Origin: Eukaryota sp. GEM-RC1
Taxonomy: Eukaryota
Reading direction: 5' to 3'
Assembly: GCA_040285855.1 (NCBI GenBank)
Contig: JAUFOQ010000017.1
Coordinates: 372,001-436,000, forward strand
Length of the DNA stretch: 64,000 bases
Shown here in pieces: positions 22,634 to 34,915 of the stretch. Below the pieces are notes generated by a model. The model did no database searches. It was not told the DNA's origin and was given only the letters and a program-made list of their open reading frames with translations. Each line of letters opens with the position of its first letter. Position 1 is the stretch's first letter. A program made the translations under genes and the position numbers.

Positions 22634-23384
22634 TGAAAGTAAATGATTGTTTGACAAAGATTTCTTCCATCTATAGTAGGATATCTTACAAGTCAGTCAC
22701 ATTTCATATAATTCCGAACGTAAGAGCTACTAGCTATCTCCTACTTACTAGCTACTAGCTATTCACCCATCCCTCCTGACGACTAAGAAATTATGTCCAC
22801 TCCAGATTTTCTGTTTCATACAAGTGTCTCATATAGATTCAGGGTTACTCTAGTGTTGACAATTAATCTACTGTACATAAATCTCTCTGCATAAAACTTC
22901 ATCTCTCATAAGGTGTAAAAGTAATAACATGTATATTATCTTTTAAAAGCAAACTAGTATGCCTATGTAATTTGTTTGTTGATGTTTTCTATAGTATGTT
23001 TTAAAAGTATATGTGTTAAGTTATTTTATATTGTAATTCAACGTATCTATATTCAGATTAAAGCAAAGAGAAGTTATTAATTGATGACAAATGATTTATT
23101 CCTACTGCTAGTAACTACATGTACACACCCATTGTTTATCCATAACATCATATATAGACTTTATGATCGCATCAATCAATCCAATCAATCTACAAAAGTT
23201 CTGATTTCATCAGGTACATAAATATCATCGCGAAAGTACTCAATATACTTTTTCGACAGATTCTTAATGGAAAAATGATCGTCGTCATGTGCCAAAAGAA
23301 TCTTCAACTTGTAAACTTTTTCATGCAGAGTTCGAAGTAGTAGCATGTCAGAGGGAATGTCATATACGATGTACATGAGATTGT

Positions 23385-23900
23385 TTGGGTGGACAAGTGA
23401 TGTACACTCAAAACAAGCCTGAACTTGGACTAGTTAATGGTTCAAAAGGAGTTATTGTTAATTTTTCAGATTCATATATTGATATTCGGTTCAACGCTGA
23501 AGCAGTACCAAAAAGAATCAGTCAGTCAAGGTTTGCTATCGAACACTTGAACGAAATCGGAAGACCTGTTCAAGTGGCGAAAAGAATTCAGTTTCCGCTA
23601 AGACCTTGCTGGGCGATAACAGTGCATCGATCCCAAGGTTTAACAATTGACGGGATCGAAGTTGCTATCCAGTTTTGGGAATATGCCCAACTTTATGTGA
23701 CCTTAAGTAGGGTTAGGTCTTGGAGGAGTTTAAAGATTTTAAGCATTGGAAGAAGTTATCCAGTACCAAATTTGGAATTATATCAATGGTATTATTCAAC
23801 TTTTCATCCTGTTAAGCCATCCACTATTGATTTGTATGTTTTGGGAAATGTATGTTTTGGGAAATCAACATTGTCTTCAACGAGATTTCAATCATTTTAA
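23385..23900 (+). pseudogene. PIF1-family helicase C-terminal fragment (Helitron-like)
   Basis: QVMYTQN...GLVNGSKG, RIQFPLRPCWAITVHRSQGLT, AQLYVTLSRVRS; no Walker A/B half and no ATG start. Confidence 0.8.
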
Positions 23901-24143
23901 TTCATTGTTTGCAAACTTTTGTGCAGCATCAAGTGTACCAATGATGGATGATGTTGTTGTTCCTGAAATTGTTCATTGTGTTGATGAAGTTGTTGATGAA
24001 GTTATTGTTGATAATGTTGATGAAAAAATTATTGAAAATAATGATAATCAAATTATTGACTTGGAAAAAATCGTTTAAATCATTTCGAAAAATCAAATTT
24101 ATTTGAAACAGAAGCTCTACTATCAGGATCCGATTCTGGTAAT

Positions 24144-25090
24144 GAATCTGATAGTGATACAATTTCAACAAGTTTGGATGATTTTGTTGTAAATGATGAA
24201 CTTGAAGAAGATGAAACTAATATTCCTCCCAAATTTATTAATTGTGACTCAATTTTTAACAAAAATTCCCCAGAGATTTGTGTGAAAAAGTCTAAACTTC
24301 CTCAATTACCACGAGGCAACATTACTCTACCATCGCTTCCCCGTTTGAAGAAAACCCCCTTTACCAACGAAGAATTTATTATTACAAAAGAATATTAATG
24401 CTGGTGTAGAAAGAAAAAAGTTCCCAAGTATTTCCTCATAGTGAAGATGAAAAGCGATTTTGTCTCAAGGAAGTTCAAACTGAAAGCTTTGAAAATGAAA
24501 AATGTGATTCCATATGTGAATATCAACAAACTGACAATGTGACTTATGAAACAATATCATTGTCTCCTATTTTGGAGTATGAACGTGTTGCTACTTCAAA
24601 ACAATTCAGAGTGGACTTAACTATTGGAATTCAGTCAATTGTCGATAATGTACTAGATTGTATTGGATCTGAATCTGCATCAAGTATGGAAGTGAAAACA
24701 ATAAGGAACTGTTACATTACCGATGTGATTAATAAGGATAATGTTGATGCACGTTATTGTAGTGATGTGCTTGTGGAATTGTTTCATGTGTTGAAAGAGT
24801 ATTTGAAAAATGATGAAAAGACTGGCATGTGTGTTTTATTAGAATTATATATAATTTTGAAAAGATTGGACAATATAGACAATTTTGATAGTTTCATCTT
24901 GTATTACACATCTTGTATTACGAATGTTGTATTACACATCTTGTATTACACATATTGTAAAACACACCTTGTATTACACATCTTGTATTACACATATTGT
25001 GAAACACATCTTGTATTACGAATGTTGTAAAACACATCTTGTATATTACACATCTTTTAGTTGTCACATGAATTACAAATGTTGTAATAT
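24144..25090 (+). repeat. Dispersed repeat, copy 1 (downstream of the PIF1 fragment) ending in a ~14-bp minisatellite
   Basis: Near-identical to the reverse complement of ~63240-64000; ACACATCTTGTATT units at ~24893-25060. Confidence 0.88.
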
Positions 25091-26020
25091 ATGTGACAAC
25101 TAAAAGACAATACATGGTGACAATAGACTTGCATAAGTGACTTAACTTTATGAACAAAAGAAAAACATAATCAATCAAGATTTCCAAGTCGACATATGCT
25201 TTCAGCTTGTGACGGTCAGAATGAGAAGATGAAAGATTATCAGAAGAAGGAGAATATGCACTGTTTATCCAGCGAGAGATCGTACTTTGCAACTCCCAAA
25301 AATAAAGGAACTAACATCAGTTAAGATATTTAACATGATGAAGTAATATTCCAGACAATGAAGAAAGAAAGATGGATCTTCCCCATTCAGAGAAAGGACC
25401 AAACAGCCCTCACTTTGGTGTCTTCCGAAGCGTGGACAGACATGCTCGTTAAGTCGAGTCTTGAGTCCCAGAGTATCTCAAAAGTGTATCCCATAAGTAA
25501 AAAGAGTTTGTGGGAATTGGGATAATTAATGCATTGTACTGCAGTAGCACTACCATAAATTGAACTGTATTTGCAGTTTATTTAGCGCAACAGAACCTTG
25601 CAAGTTCACAGACTAAATTCAGTCACTTAGAACAGAGCATAATTGTAACTGTGATGCACAACACTATTTTAGAGATGCACTCAAAGCTTCACAGCTTTTT
25701 TTAACAGGAGAGCCTACGGAGCGGCAGCGACGTTTAATGGGAGGCATATTGCTCTGAAAGTGTTATATAATGTTAGATAGTGGAAGAAGAATCCACTGCA
25801 AAACCTCTTCTTGTTTGTTATTTTTTAAATCAAAATAAAAGCACCAACAAATGTTACAATTTATTATTGGACTTTCGGCGTTAAATTTGGCCTAGCACGG
25901 CTTAGGCCGGCCAAAAAAGTTTTTGAAATCTGTAAGCCGGCTTAGGCCGGGCCGTAAGGGTATCACAGTGTGGATAGTGCAAATTCATTGAAAACGATAT
26001 CTGCTATTCTAGTATCTTAA

Positions 26021-26713
26021 ATGCCCTCTCTATCTGAATATCCTGCTGTCGAAAGACTAGTCTACTGGAAAAAACCTCTCGTTTCAGGTCTTGTCCTACT
26101 CATTGGTTGTCTCGTATATCTGCTGTGTAGATTTGGATCGTGGTCTATCATCAGTCTTTTATCGTCATTATGCTCTGTGATTCTAGTGTTTGGATATCTC
26201 AGGAAGCGTGCTTGTAAAGCTGTCCTTGGTAACCCGATCTCGCCCGAATCTGAACCTTCAGAGGAGATAATTTCTCCTGAAGCTGTCATCTCCTTTGCTG
26301 AAGGACTCACACCACTGATCAGTTGGATTAGTCATTCAGTGTGGAAGATCTCCACGTTTCAAGACGAACATCTGACTCTGAGAGCTATTGGCATCAGTGT
26401 CTCCATGGTAATCATTGGAAGAATCTTCAGTGGTCTTACCATCTTCTTTGTCGCCTTTTTTACGGTGATGACTCTCCCCAAAATCTACGCCACCTATCCC
26501 GAGCAAATGGCTGGAATTGAAGAATTTGTACGTCAACAATTCCAACGCTATGTTCGTCACTTCCTGGTTTATGGCAAACGCTATCTTACTCACGCCAAGT
26601 TATTCGCTGTTGACATGTTGCACAAAGCAAAGTTAGATGGTCCTCTTCAGAGAATCGGAATTCTTAGAGCCAATCGTATGCAACAAGAGCAGGCATCCGC
26701 AAAGGAAGAATAG
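26021..26713 (+). CDS. Reticulon-domain protein
   Basis: LVYWKKPLVSGLV motif, two long hydrophobic hairpins, TLPKIY. Confidence 0.8.
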   Translation: MPSLSEYPAVERLVYWKKPLVSGLVLLIGCLVYLLCRFGSWSIISLLSSLCSVILVFGYLRKRACKAVLGNPISPESEPSEEIISPEAVISFAEGLTPLISWISHSVWKISTFQDEHLTLRAIGISVSMVIIGRIFSGLTIFFVAFFTVMTLPKIYATYPEQMAGIEEFVRQQFQRYVRHFLVYGKRYLTHAKLFAVDMLHKAKLDGPLQRIGILRANRMQQEQASAKEE

Positions 26714-26884
26714 TTTGTTTCATTAAAATATTATTATTACCTTTTATCTCGATAAATATCTTAAGTGATGAATTCTAGGCTACTGTTGCACACATCCAGA
26801 GAAGTTGTGAACCGTGTTCAGAGCATACTTTGTTGTTAGACAGGTAATGATGTTGAAGCAATTTCTGAACAAATTGCTATCCAT

Positions 26885-27076
26885 ATGAAACGCACCGTAG
26901 TCGTCCTCACTGCTCTTTCAGTCATATCGGCTGCCGTATACCTCTCTCCAACACTTAACTCTAAATTCAAATCAACTTTGTCCAAACTGCGCTCTCTCCA
27001 CTGCTGTAATCCTCGAGAAACAGAAATGCAAGAACCTTCACCATCAGCTGATTTGGAAGAAGAACATTCTGATTAG
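26885..27076 (+). CDS. Small protein with N-terminal hydrophobic helix, unknown function
   Basis: ATG-initiated 63-aa ORF fitting between two genes; hydrophobic N-terminus and acidic tail. Confidence 0.4.
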   Translation: MKRTVVVLTALSVISAAVYLSPTLNSKFKSTLSKLRSLHCCNPRETEMQEPSPSADLEEEHSD

Positions 27077-27275
27077 TCTTTCTGATCAAACAGTTTTGAT
27101 TTCGGTAGAGTCCTGTATTATGCCATAAAATTGACTGAAACCACTTTATCCACCAAAACTGGAGACTTCAATGTTGACATCCGCCAACAAATCAATAATT
27201 AAATGTCTATTACTACAATACAAATGCACATACCGAAAAAACCAAAAAAAAGAAGAAACTACAGAAACTAAACGA

Positions 27276-28375
27276 TTACCTAACGGGCTCAATCCGCAGT
27301 CTGTGACCTTTAAGACTTCTTGACTCAAGCTTGAGAATTTCTTCCACTAGCGTTCGTTTAAAATAAACAAAAAACTCCATGCTAAGTGAAGATCCGTTCA
27401 CTGATACCAGACCGTCATATCCTTTAACAGATTCAAAGAAAGCCTTGACATCAGAAAGGAGAACGTCTCGGTCAAAACTAACACGAAACTTAAGATCCTT
27501 AAGATTAGGAAAGCTTCGACGAGAATCAAATCCATGACGTTTACGATGACGGTCATTGTCCTTTGATCGATGAGGTGACCGTCTAGGACGTGTTGGTTCT
27601 TCAAAGAATGATGAAGGAGAGACTGAACGATGCTGTTTGGGTGAGGGTGGTGGTGTGAGATAGTTTGAAACTCTTGGAGAAGAAGATCGACGATTGACGG
27701 AAGGTCGCCTTGTTGAAGTTGGGGAGATGTGTGGTGACCTGAGAGGAGGTTGTGGTGACCTAAGCGGTGGTTGAGGTGATCTCAGAAGTTTTGGAGAGGT
27801 TTTACAGTCTTTGGGAAGACTTTCTGTCAAGAGTCCATCAACAATAACTGGAACATCCTGAATACATAACTCAGCATCTATCAAACTTTCCAAAGCCAGT
27901 TTACTTTGAAAAAATGTGTTGAATAGCACTTGTATACCAATAGGATCAGTATCATTTTCAGGAATTTTAGGTTCAAAGCTTTTAGCGCCAAAATCGTTAA
28001 AAAATTGCTTGATGGCGTCCGAGGACAGAGTTTCGGGATAAAATACAGTAAGAGAAGGGTTTGTGGGGGCAAAATCGTCAGGGGAAGTAAGACACCATGT
28101 CCCTTCCGTTGATTTAAAGACATAAGCTGGATTGCAAATCATTGGCCGAGAAACTAAATAATCAAAAGCTTTTGCATAAGAGGAAGCACGAAAAAAAGAT
28201 ACATGAGCAATACAACGGGAAGGATCGCTGGTACGGCGCCGTACTATTTTACATGAATTAATTTCTCCCATTCGACTAAGAGTTTGTGACAAAAGGATGT
28301 CGTCAGTCCAAAAGGGACATCAAACTCGATACTAAAGCAGGAATCAATGAGTATCTTATCATACTCATGATGCAT
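27276..28375 (-). CDS. Probable multi-RRM, Ser/Pro/Arg-rich RNA-binding protein
   Basis: RRM-like segments (GEINSCKIVR...IAHVSF; FFVYF...SLKGHRLRIEP) and RSP repeats; extends to ATG 28375 if one T is added to a T-run at ~28312. Confidence 0.55.
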
Positions 28376-28447
28376 CTAGCAAAGACACAGAAGACAGTGT
28401 GTTGGGTTGGGGAAGTTTGTTTTTAGATTTCAACTTGATACTTCTTC

Positions 28448-29923
28448 ATGGAAGAACAACTTCTCTCACAGGCAAAAGCCTATCTTCAGCAGACAACTGT
28501 CTCTTCAGGACTTTCACTTTATGATCATCTAGAAAATATTATCTATGATTCTTTGGTCTCTGGAAACAACACAGATTTAGATCTTCTCTTCCGCAAGTCT
28601 CTTATTGATAATCAACCGCGAGAAAAACCAACTCTCCCAGATGCAAAACTCTCTCAAATTGTTTCTAAATCTAAACATGTGCTGGACACCCTCTCCAAAA
28701 CCTCAATTCCCCCTCTCAAACCTTCACGTGGACTCCCACGAACTCATAAAAGTTTATTCTCAGTCCCCTCTCTATGTACAACAATGTCCTTTCTACAAGA
28801 CCGTTTTGGTATCGGACTCCCTCCTTCAACAACTCATCTACTAACTTCTGGTATCATCTCCTTCTGTAATACACACAAAATCACCATCCAGAACGTAGCT
28901 TTCATTGGTTCTTTCTTCACTGCCTCCAACCCCTACTATGCCATTGAAATTCCCTTCGCTGAAGCCCCTCAACGTCTGCTACAACACCTACCCACCCCTA
29001 CCCCGGGTCAGATCCCCCCTGAACCCTGGGGTCAAGGTGCCAATTCCTCAGTGATTGCAGTCATCAACTCTTCTGATCTCGACTCTAATCCGACTAATTG
29101 GTCTCTTCTTCCCCCTGTTTGGCCTGAATACATCTCTTCTAAGAGATCTTCTATTCCCCCAGTCTTTTTATCAGGAGACTTGACCAAGTCCCTCCCATTC
29201 TACACCACTGAAGCTCACTACCTTCGATCTCTTATCAGTCTCATCTCCCATGCTACTGTGCTTGCTCCTACTGGTGCCTTTGAAGTTGAGGAAGGAGAAG
29301 AGGATGATGATAAGTCAGTAGTTGTAGCAGAGGAGTTTGATTCTGAAGAGTGGAGTGGCGAAGGGGAGTCTGTTTTGGAGAAGTGGGTGCACTTGTTACC
29401 ACATTTGTTACCTCAAGGACGTGTTTCATTTAAACCACCAGTACCACAACCAAAACCTGAGAAAATTAAACATTCTGAAGATTCAGAGGATGAGGACGAA
29501 GAGGAAGAGGAAGAGGAGATTGAAGAACCAGAAATCAAGGATTTGTTGTGTGGAGTTGCTGATGATGTACTCGCCAAGGAGTCTGATAAAGAAGAGGAAG
29601 AAGAAGAATCGAGTTTTAAACTTCCTTTATTTTTAAAATCTTTCATTTCTGATTGTTGGACTGCACCGTCTGCTTCTTTTATCAAATCTGTTAAGTACCC
29701 TGGATCTTTTACTGTTTATCATGAAGGATCTTGGGGTAGTGTTTATTTTGGATTTGGAGATGAATTTAAAACTAATTTCTATTCACCAAGAGATGTTGGA
29801 GTGTTTGCTCAGGATGTGAAGATGCCTGTAGAGTTGAAGGATCCTACACTAATGGAGGAGCAGGACTTTGTAGATAAAAAGAGAGAGGTTGATGAAGAAG
29901 CAGAAGAATCAGAGGAGGATTAA
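28448..29923 (+). CDS. RSP4/6: Radial spoke head protein 4/6 family
   Basis: AKAYLQ...GLSLYDHL, IPPEPWGQGAN, EAHYLRSLISLISHAT, WVHLLPHLLPQGR, SVYFGFG, acidic tracts. Confidence 0.88.
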   Translation: MEEQLLSQAKAYLQQTTVSSGLSLYDHLENIIYDSLVSGNNTDLDLLFRKSLIDNQPREKPTLPDAKLSQIVSKSKHVLDTLSKTSIPPLKPSRGLPRTHKSLFSVPSLCTTMSFLQDRFGIGLPPSTTHLLTSGIISFCNTHKITIQNVAFIGSFFTASNPYYAIEIPFAEAPQRLLQHLPTPTPGQIPPEPWGQGANSSVIAVINSSDLDSNPTNWSLLPPVWPEYISSKRSSIPPVFLSGDLTKSLPFYTTEAHYLRSLISLISHATVLAPTGAFEVEEGEEDDDKSVVVAEEFDSEEWSGEGESVLEKWVHLLPHLLPQGRVSFKPPVPQPKPEKIKHSEDSEDEDEEEEEEEIEEPEIKDLLCGVADDVLAKESDKEEEEEESSFKLPLFLKSFISDCWTAPSASFIKSVKYPGSFTVYHEGSWGSVYFGFGDEFKTNFYSPRDVGVFAQDVKMPVELKDPTLMEEQDFVDKKREVDEEAEESEED

Positions 29924-30220
29924 GGTGAGTTGTACTATATATAATTTAATTATTCTTGAAATTTTGGTTTAATGAAAACTTTTCCTTTTCTTGGAGAACG
30001 GTGTTTTCACAGTGTTTTCGATAAATCAGTTTTTTAGTTACCGTGTAGTTTGGTTAGTCTTTGAAATTTGATGAAATTCGTAAAATTATAATGATAGAAA
30101 TTTGCAACAACTGTAATGAAGATTGGATTGACAAATGATGATCTATACTTTCCTTGCTACAGTGGCCATGTCCATCTTTATTAGCAACACCAGAGGAAGC
30201 TTCATTGGGTTTCATTGAAT

Positions 30221-30299
30221 ATCCTGCCTAATAGACCACCGTCTATTCTAGAGTATATTTTTCCTTTAGTTTTATGGGTGCTCCATTAGGCAGGCTATA
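30221..30299. repeat. Tiny inverted-repeat element; related end at 33086-33121
   Basis: CCTGCCTAATAGACCACC ... GGTGCTCCATTAGGCAGG imperfect inverted repeat. Confidence 0.45.
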
Positions 30300-30370
30300 G
30301 TAGGATGCCATTAATAGAAAGTATTTCGTATAATAAATGAATCATTTGTGACTTTTATCGATCCTAAAAG

Positions 30371-31198
30371 ATGATGATATCAATCCTCATTTTTCTGGCT
30401 TCCGTCTGTGTTGTGTACAAGATCTTCAACTTAATACGAGGATCTCGCCCTTCTTCCTTATATGAACGTTGGAATGCTCACATCAAGAAGCACGACCCGT
30501 CCTTTCAATCTCTTTCAGCAAATTCTTGGTACATCTCGGGTGATTCTGTCGGTATTATTGGCCGTAAAATGACTGTGTTCCGATTGGCTAACAACGATCT
30601 AGTCTTACACTCTCCCATGGCTCTTTCTGAAGACCTTATGGATCAACTCGAGAGCTTTGGAACTGTTAAATACATCATCATCCCACCTCTTCACACTATG
30701 GATGCTGAGGTCTATCAATCACGGTATCCCTTCGCATCATTTATATGCACATCAGGAGCTGAACGGAAGTTCAAACGCACACTCAAAGTGACCTTTGACA
30801 TTGTCATCACACAGTCCTCTTTCTCAGTCTCCAGTGAACTCTCAGCCGTCTCTCCCGTTTATACTCCTCGGGAAATGGTTTGGATGTTCAAGGATCCATC
30901 TGATGAGACCTCTGTTGCTGTTGTTACTGATATTGTGTTCAACATTCCTTTGGAACAAGCAAAGGGATTTGGTGGGTGGATGCAGAAGAAAATGGGATCT
31001 GTTGGCTTCTTTGGAGTGTCTCGGATTGGTCGATTCTTCCTTGGCAAAAATTTGAAATATTATGTTAAAATGTTTGAAACTATGGCAGTTAGTCCCCCAG
31101 ATTTCTTTATCATGAGTCATGGAAATATTCTGAGGAACAAAGAACAAGTTAAAGAATGCTTGGAAAAGGAAGTCGCAAGATTAAGCCGATTATTATAA
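30371..31198 (+). CDS. DUF4336-like (metallo-beta-lactamase-fold) protein with N-terminal TM
   Basis: RKMTVFRLANNDLVLHSP, GTVKYIIIP..H, VVTDIVFN, IMSHGNI. Confidence 0.65.
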   Translation: MMISILIFLASVCVVYKIFNLIRGSRPSSLYERWNAHIKKHDPSFQSLSANSWYISGDSVGIIGRKMTVFRLANNDLVLHSPMALSEDLMDQLESFGTVKYIIIPPLHTMDAEVYQSRYPFASFICTSGAERKFKRTLKVTFDIVITQSSFSVSSELSAVSPVYTPREMVWMFKDPSDETSVAVVTDIVFNIPLEQAKGFGGWMQKKMGSVGFFGVSRIGRFFLGKNLKYYVKMFETMAVSPPDFFIMSHGNILRNKEQVKECLEKEVARLSRLL

Positions 31199-32138
31199 AA
31201 TGTACTTATTTGTCGCTTTTACTTTGTAACGATGGCCAAAACTTCACAACTACACAGTTGATTTACAGTAATTCGCAATTTTTTCCCCATTTACACAATA
31301 ACACAAACTACAGAAATTGGTGTAATTAGTGTGGATCTCAATTGGTACACACTAATTCTAATTTTCTTGCTTTTTTAAATGTTAATTTTGGACTTAAATT
31401 GTGTATATATAAGAGTTTATTTGCAACAATAAATTAATACATACTAATTCAAAACTTAAATTGTGTGTATTTTCTTATTCTATAATATGGTAATATCAGC
31501 AGTGATAGAACAACCTTCTTGACGGAGCCCTGGCCAACATGATCACAATAATGATTTATCTTTCTCACAACACCACTCATTAACTACATCCTTCAGATTA
31601 TTTTGTCATTTCAAAAATGAAGAGAATGCAGAAAGAGAATTGATGAACAACCGCCACTTCTCTAGTTCGAAGTAGATTTCCAATCCTGGACAACAGTTCT
31701 TTCTTAAATTAGCTGAATCATGTATCAATCAAGTCAATACAGAAGTTGACTATAATTGTGTTGCATACATGTCAACTTCGCAAAGCAATGATTTTGTGTG
31801 GTTATAGCTTGAACACAACTGGTTGTTGGGAAATTGAACAGTTGAAGTGATAGCTTCAAGGAACAACAAGAAGTATGTTGTGGATTAATAAACAACACAG
31901 TGAACGATTTGTTGTAATAGTGTCACATTGGTAGCATATATACTATATGTATACTGCTCAGTGGAGGATCACCAGTTGTAAAAAGATTTACTAGTCTGTA
32001 TTTTTACAAGGTGTATTATCAATACAGTGAAAAATTGCATTTTGCAAGAATAATCAATACCTAACAGACATCAACTAAAGAATCAGATCTACGATCCTTC
32101 TGTCCTTCACCAAACAACTTACTTACATTCGAAGTATA

Positions 32139-32213
32139 ATATCTGTGCATGGAACGAAACAGTGCAAAGATTAACCTACTCAACCGAAAATTTTCATTGA
32201 AAACTTAACCATA
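32139..32213 (-). repeat. Short fragment of the RLE element family seen at 47515-47946
   Basis: Similar to ~47592-47667 (AACCTACTCAACC.AAAATTTTCATTGAAAACTT). Confidence 0.6.
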
Positions 32214-32249
32214 TATTTTTTATTTAGTTTTGTGATGTGTGATCGTCAC

Positions 32250-32994
32250 CAGGGATGTTAAAAAATATATTTAAATAAATAAATTATTGTGTGGGCTCGC
32301 AATAAATATATTGATATTGTGTGGGCTTGCAATAAATATATTGATATTGTCGGGCATCACAATAAATAAATATATTTATTGACAATATTATCTGCTGCAA
32401 CTTTAGTACTGGTATAATGTAGAAAAACCGGGTTTATGATCAATCAGTGAAAAATTGCTATCGTGGTATAATCTATTCTTCATCTATTACATCCCCATCT
32501 TGGTGCAACAAATCTTGACAATGATTGTGGAGGAGAATTCTTCGAACAGTCTCTTCATTCCAAAGTTGGGAGTTGTAGAGTACACATCCCCAAGGTTCAG
32601 TTCCGCGAGCAGAAGCAGGGCGAACAGGTTGTGGATTAAGTAGCCGAAAGTAATGTTCAGCAACAAGTTTTGGTTTGATAGTCATCAAGAAAAAAAAAGA
32701 ACAACTAAAATTAGCCATTTTGTTCCATGATGGTATGATCAACTGTTTGTATCCTTGGTTACAAAATTGAGACAGTACTGTACGAATTGAAATGAAGAAA
32801 GTTCGATATTTGCAAATGAAAACACAACAATTTGGCATGAAAAGATATTGTCACAATATTGCAATATATTGCAATATTATTGCATATTGCGATTTGAGAC
32901 AACAAATATATTGTTGACCCAGCTGCTGACAATAAATAAATAAATAATATTTATTGCAATAAATAAAATAAAAATATATTTTTTAACATCCCTG
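32250..32994. mobile_element. Non-autonomous hAT element (745 bp)
   Basis: 21-bp TIRs CAGGGATGTTAAAAAATATAT; perfect 8-bp TSD ATCGTCAC (32242-32249 and 32995-33002); CAATAAATA subterminal repeats. Confidence 0.93.
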
Positions 32995-33186
32995 ATCGTC
33001 ACGTGACCTAATGTCATTTAATATTGTAACGAAATACCGTGTTCTTCCTGGGGGTTATGAACCCCCAAAGGCATGACAAATAACTGCTCTAGAATAGAGC
33101 ACGGTGCTCTATTAGGCAGGGAATAATATATAGCCTAGGATATCTTCAATAAATGGCCAATTCTCTTTTGGGGATTTCAGTTTTCA

Positions 33187-33420
33187 ATGCCCTGTAAAGT
33201 GTGCGGAACGACACAGTGTGATTGCACTGGAGAATCTTGTAATTGTGGACCAAAATGTCATTGTCACCCTTGCAGGCATAATAGACTGTATCATGAAGCT
33301 TCAGGATGCCCCTGTATCCAAGAAGGTAGATGCATTCATGAACATCAGAAAAAATGTCCGTGTGGTCCACTTTGTACGTGTAAAATATGCTTAGGAGGAG
33401 ATCATGGACACCAACATTAG
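33187..33420 (+). CDS. Metallothionein-like Cys/His-rich protein
   Basis: 77 aa with many CxC/CxxC motifs, duplicated CxCGPxCxC, His-rich tail. Confidence 0.65.
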   Translation: MPCKVCGTTQCDCTGESCNCGPKCHCHPCRHNRLYHEASGCPCIQEGRCIHEHQKKCPCGPLCTCKICLGGDHGHQH

Positions 33421-33584
33421 GAAGAAACATTAGTGTAACAAAACAATAAACTGTGTGAACAATAAACAACACATGCATTTACACTCAACTATAGAACAAA
33501 AAACAAATGAATCAGTAAAGAAGGTACATAGAAAAGACAGAACCCGTGGAGGTATTACATCGGATAGCCTAAACCTAGATGATA

Positions 33585-33866
33585 CTACTCAATCATCCCC
33601 TCAGTACTCGGAGGTTCAAATTCAACGCTACCGTTAGGAACAGGAGTTCCAAAAGACAGAAGAAGTAAGTCATCATTACAGAGATTGTAGTCTGCAACAG
33701 TGGAATCTACATTACTGAGCAGATTACCTTTGTAGTAAAGCTGCATGAGATCCGGTGGCATGTTTGTGATATAAGATAGTCTTTCAAGAACATGTGATAT
33801 GGTTTCATTCGTCCCAATATTGAAGAAGATAGTGCGTCGTTGACGATAAATCCTGATATAGAGCAT
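33585..33866 (-). CDS. Ubiquitin-like protein, Elongin B-like
   Basis: YIRIYRQRRTIF...ETI..V...L......PP....LY..G.LL..DSTVADY fits the ubiquitin-fold/Elongin B pattern. Confidence 0.65.
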   Translation of the reverse strand: MLYIRIYRQRRTIFFNIGTNETISHVLERLSYITNMPPDLMQLYYKGNLLSNVDSTVADYNLCNDDLLLLSFGTPVPNGSVEFEPPSTEGMIE

Positions 33867-33905
33867 CTAGATTTGATCAGAAACATTTACTTTCGCTGAC
33901 TTACG

Positions 33906-34229
33906 ATGCCTGTTCAAAAAGAAATCACCAAGCCTGGAACTGGACCTATCCCAAAGAAAGGCCAAACCGTATCTGTCCATTACGTCGGTACTTTCCCCGA
34001 TGGTCGTAAATTCGACAGCTCTCGCGATCGTGGCGAACCTCTACAATTCAAGGCTGGCATGGGTCAAGTCATTCAAGGATGGGATGATACTGTTCTTGGA
34101 ATGAAAGTTGGTGAACGCTGCAAAGTCACTATTCCCTCAGAATTAGCCTATGGATCCAGAGGTGCTGGAGGTATCATTCCCCCTAACCAACCTCTTTGTT
34201 TTGACATGGAACTCATGGCAATCCAGTAA
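33906..34229 (+). CDS. FKBP12: FKBP12-type peptidyl-prolyl isomerase
   Basis: [37 protein letters not shown]...IPPN. Confidence 0.96.
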   Translation: MPVQKEITKPGTGPIPKKGQTVSVHYVGTFPDGRKFDSSRDRGEPLQFKAGMGQVIQGWDDTVLGMKVGERCKVTIPSELAYGSRGAGGIIPPNQPLCFDMELMAIQ

Positions 34230-34915
34230 TTTTGTCATTTGTATTATTTATCAGTTGCTCATTCGTTTCTTAATAAAAGACAAATTGTATACTATATACA
34301 CTGTATTAACTATTTGAGTAGGAACTGTTTTAAGTTGGGTTTCGCTTAGAGTGTAACTTTTACAAATTTCGGTGCCTCTTCTAATACCAGAAAGTCAACA
34401 GATGTTGCCTTTCTCCCACTGCCGGTTCCAAAACACTTGTGTATAATATACACTTTCAATAAGTCGATTGGTTGATGGACGTACAGTACAGTACATTTAT
34501 TAAGTCATTATTCTGTTTCTATCTTTAGGTGCCAAATAGTATCCCTACACAATAGGTTACAAGCAATCCTACGTGTCAACCCTGTATTTAAATTTGCAAC
34601 AAGAGACAGCATCAGACTGTTGTTTAGATGTAATGTCTTATACACCACTATATCGTTCAGCAATATCGTTGAATTTTCTCTGTTCCGATCGATACCCAAG
34701 TTATTTTATTGATGTCACTAATCAGGAAAGATCGGTATTTGGTGTAATTTAATATTTTTGTAATGTACAAACTTGTTTTATTCGTGTAGTTTACCTTTAT
34801 CAAATCCAGTGTAAATTGAAGTTAGAGGGATCCCATATAAAGTACTAGAAGAAACATGACAGAAGATCGTTCTCAACAATGAATCTGTATCAAACCAGAG
34901 AATTTTCTGGATCTA

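Noticed and set aside
33045..33070. tRNA-like hairpin GGGGGTT-atg-AACCCCC
   Set aside because: Single stem with no cloverleaf or box A/B
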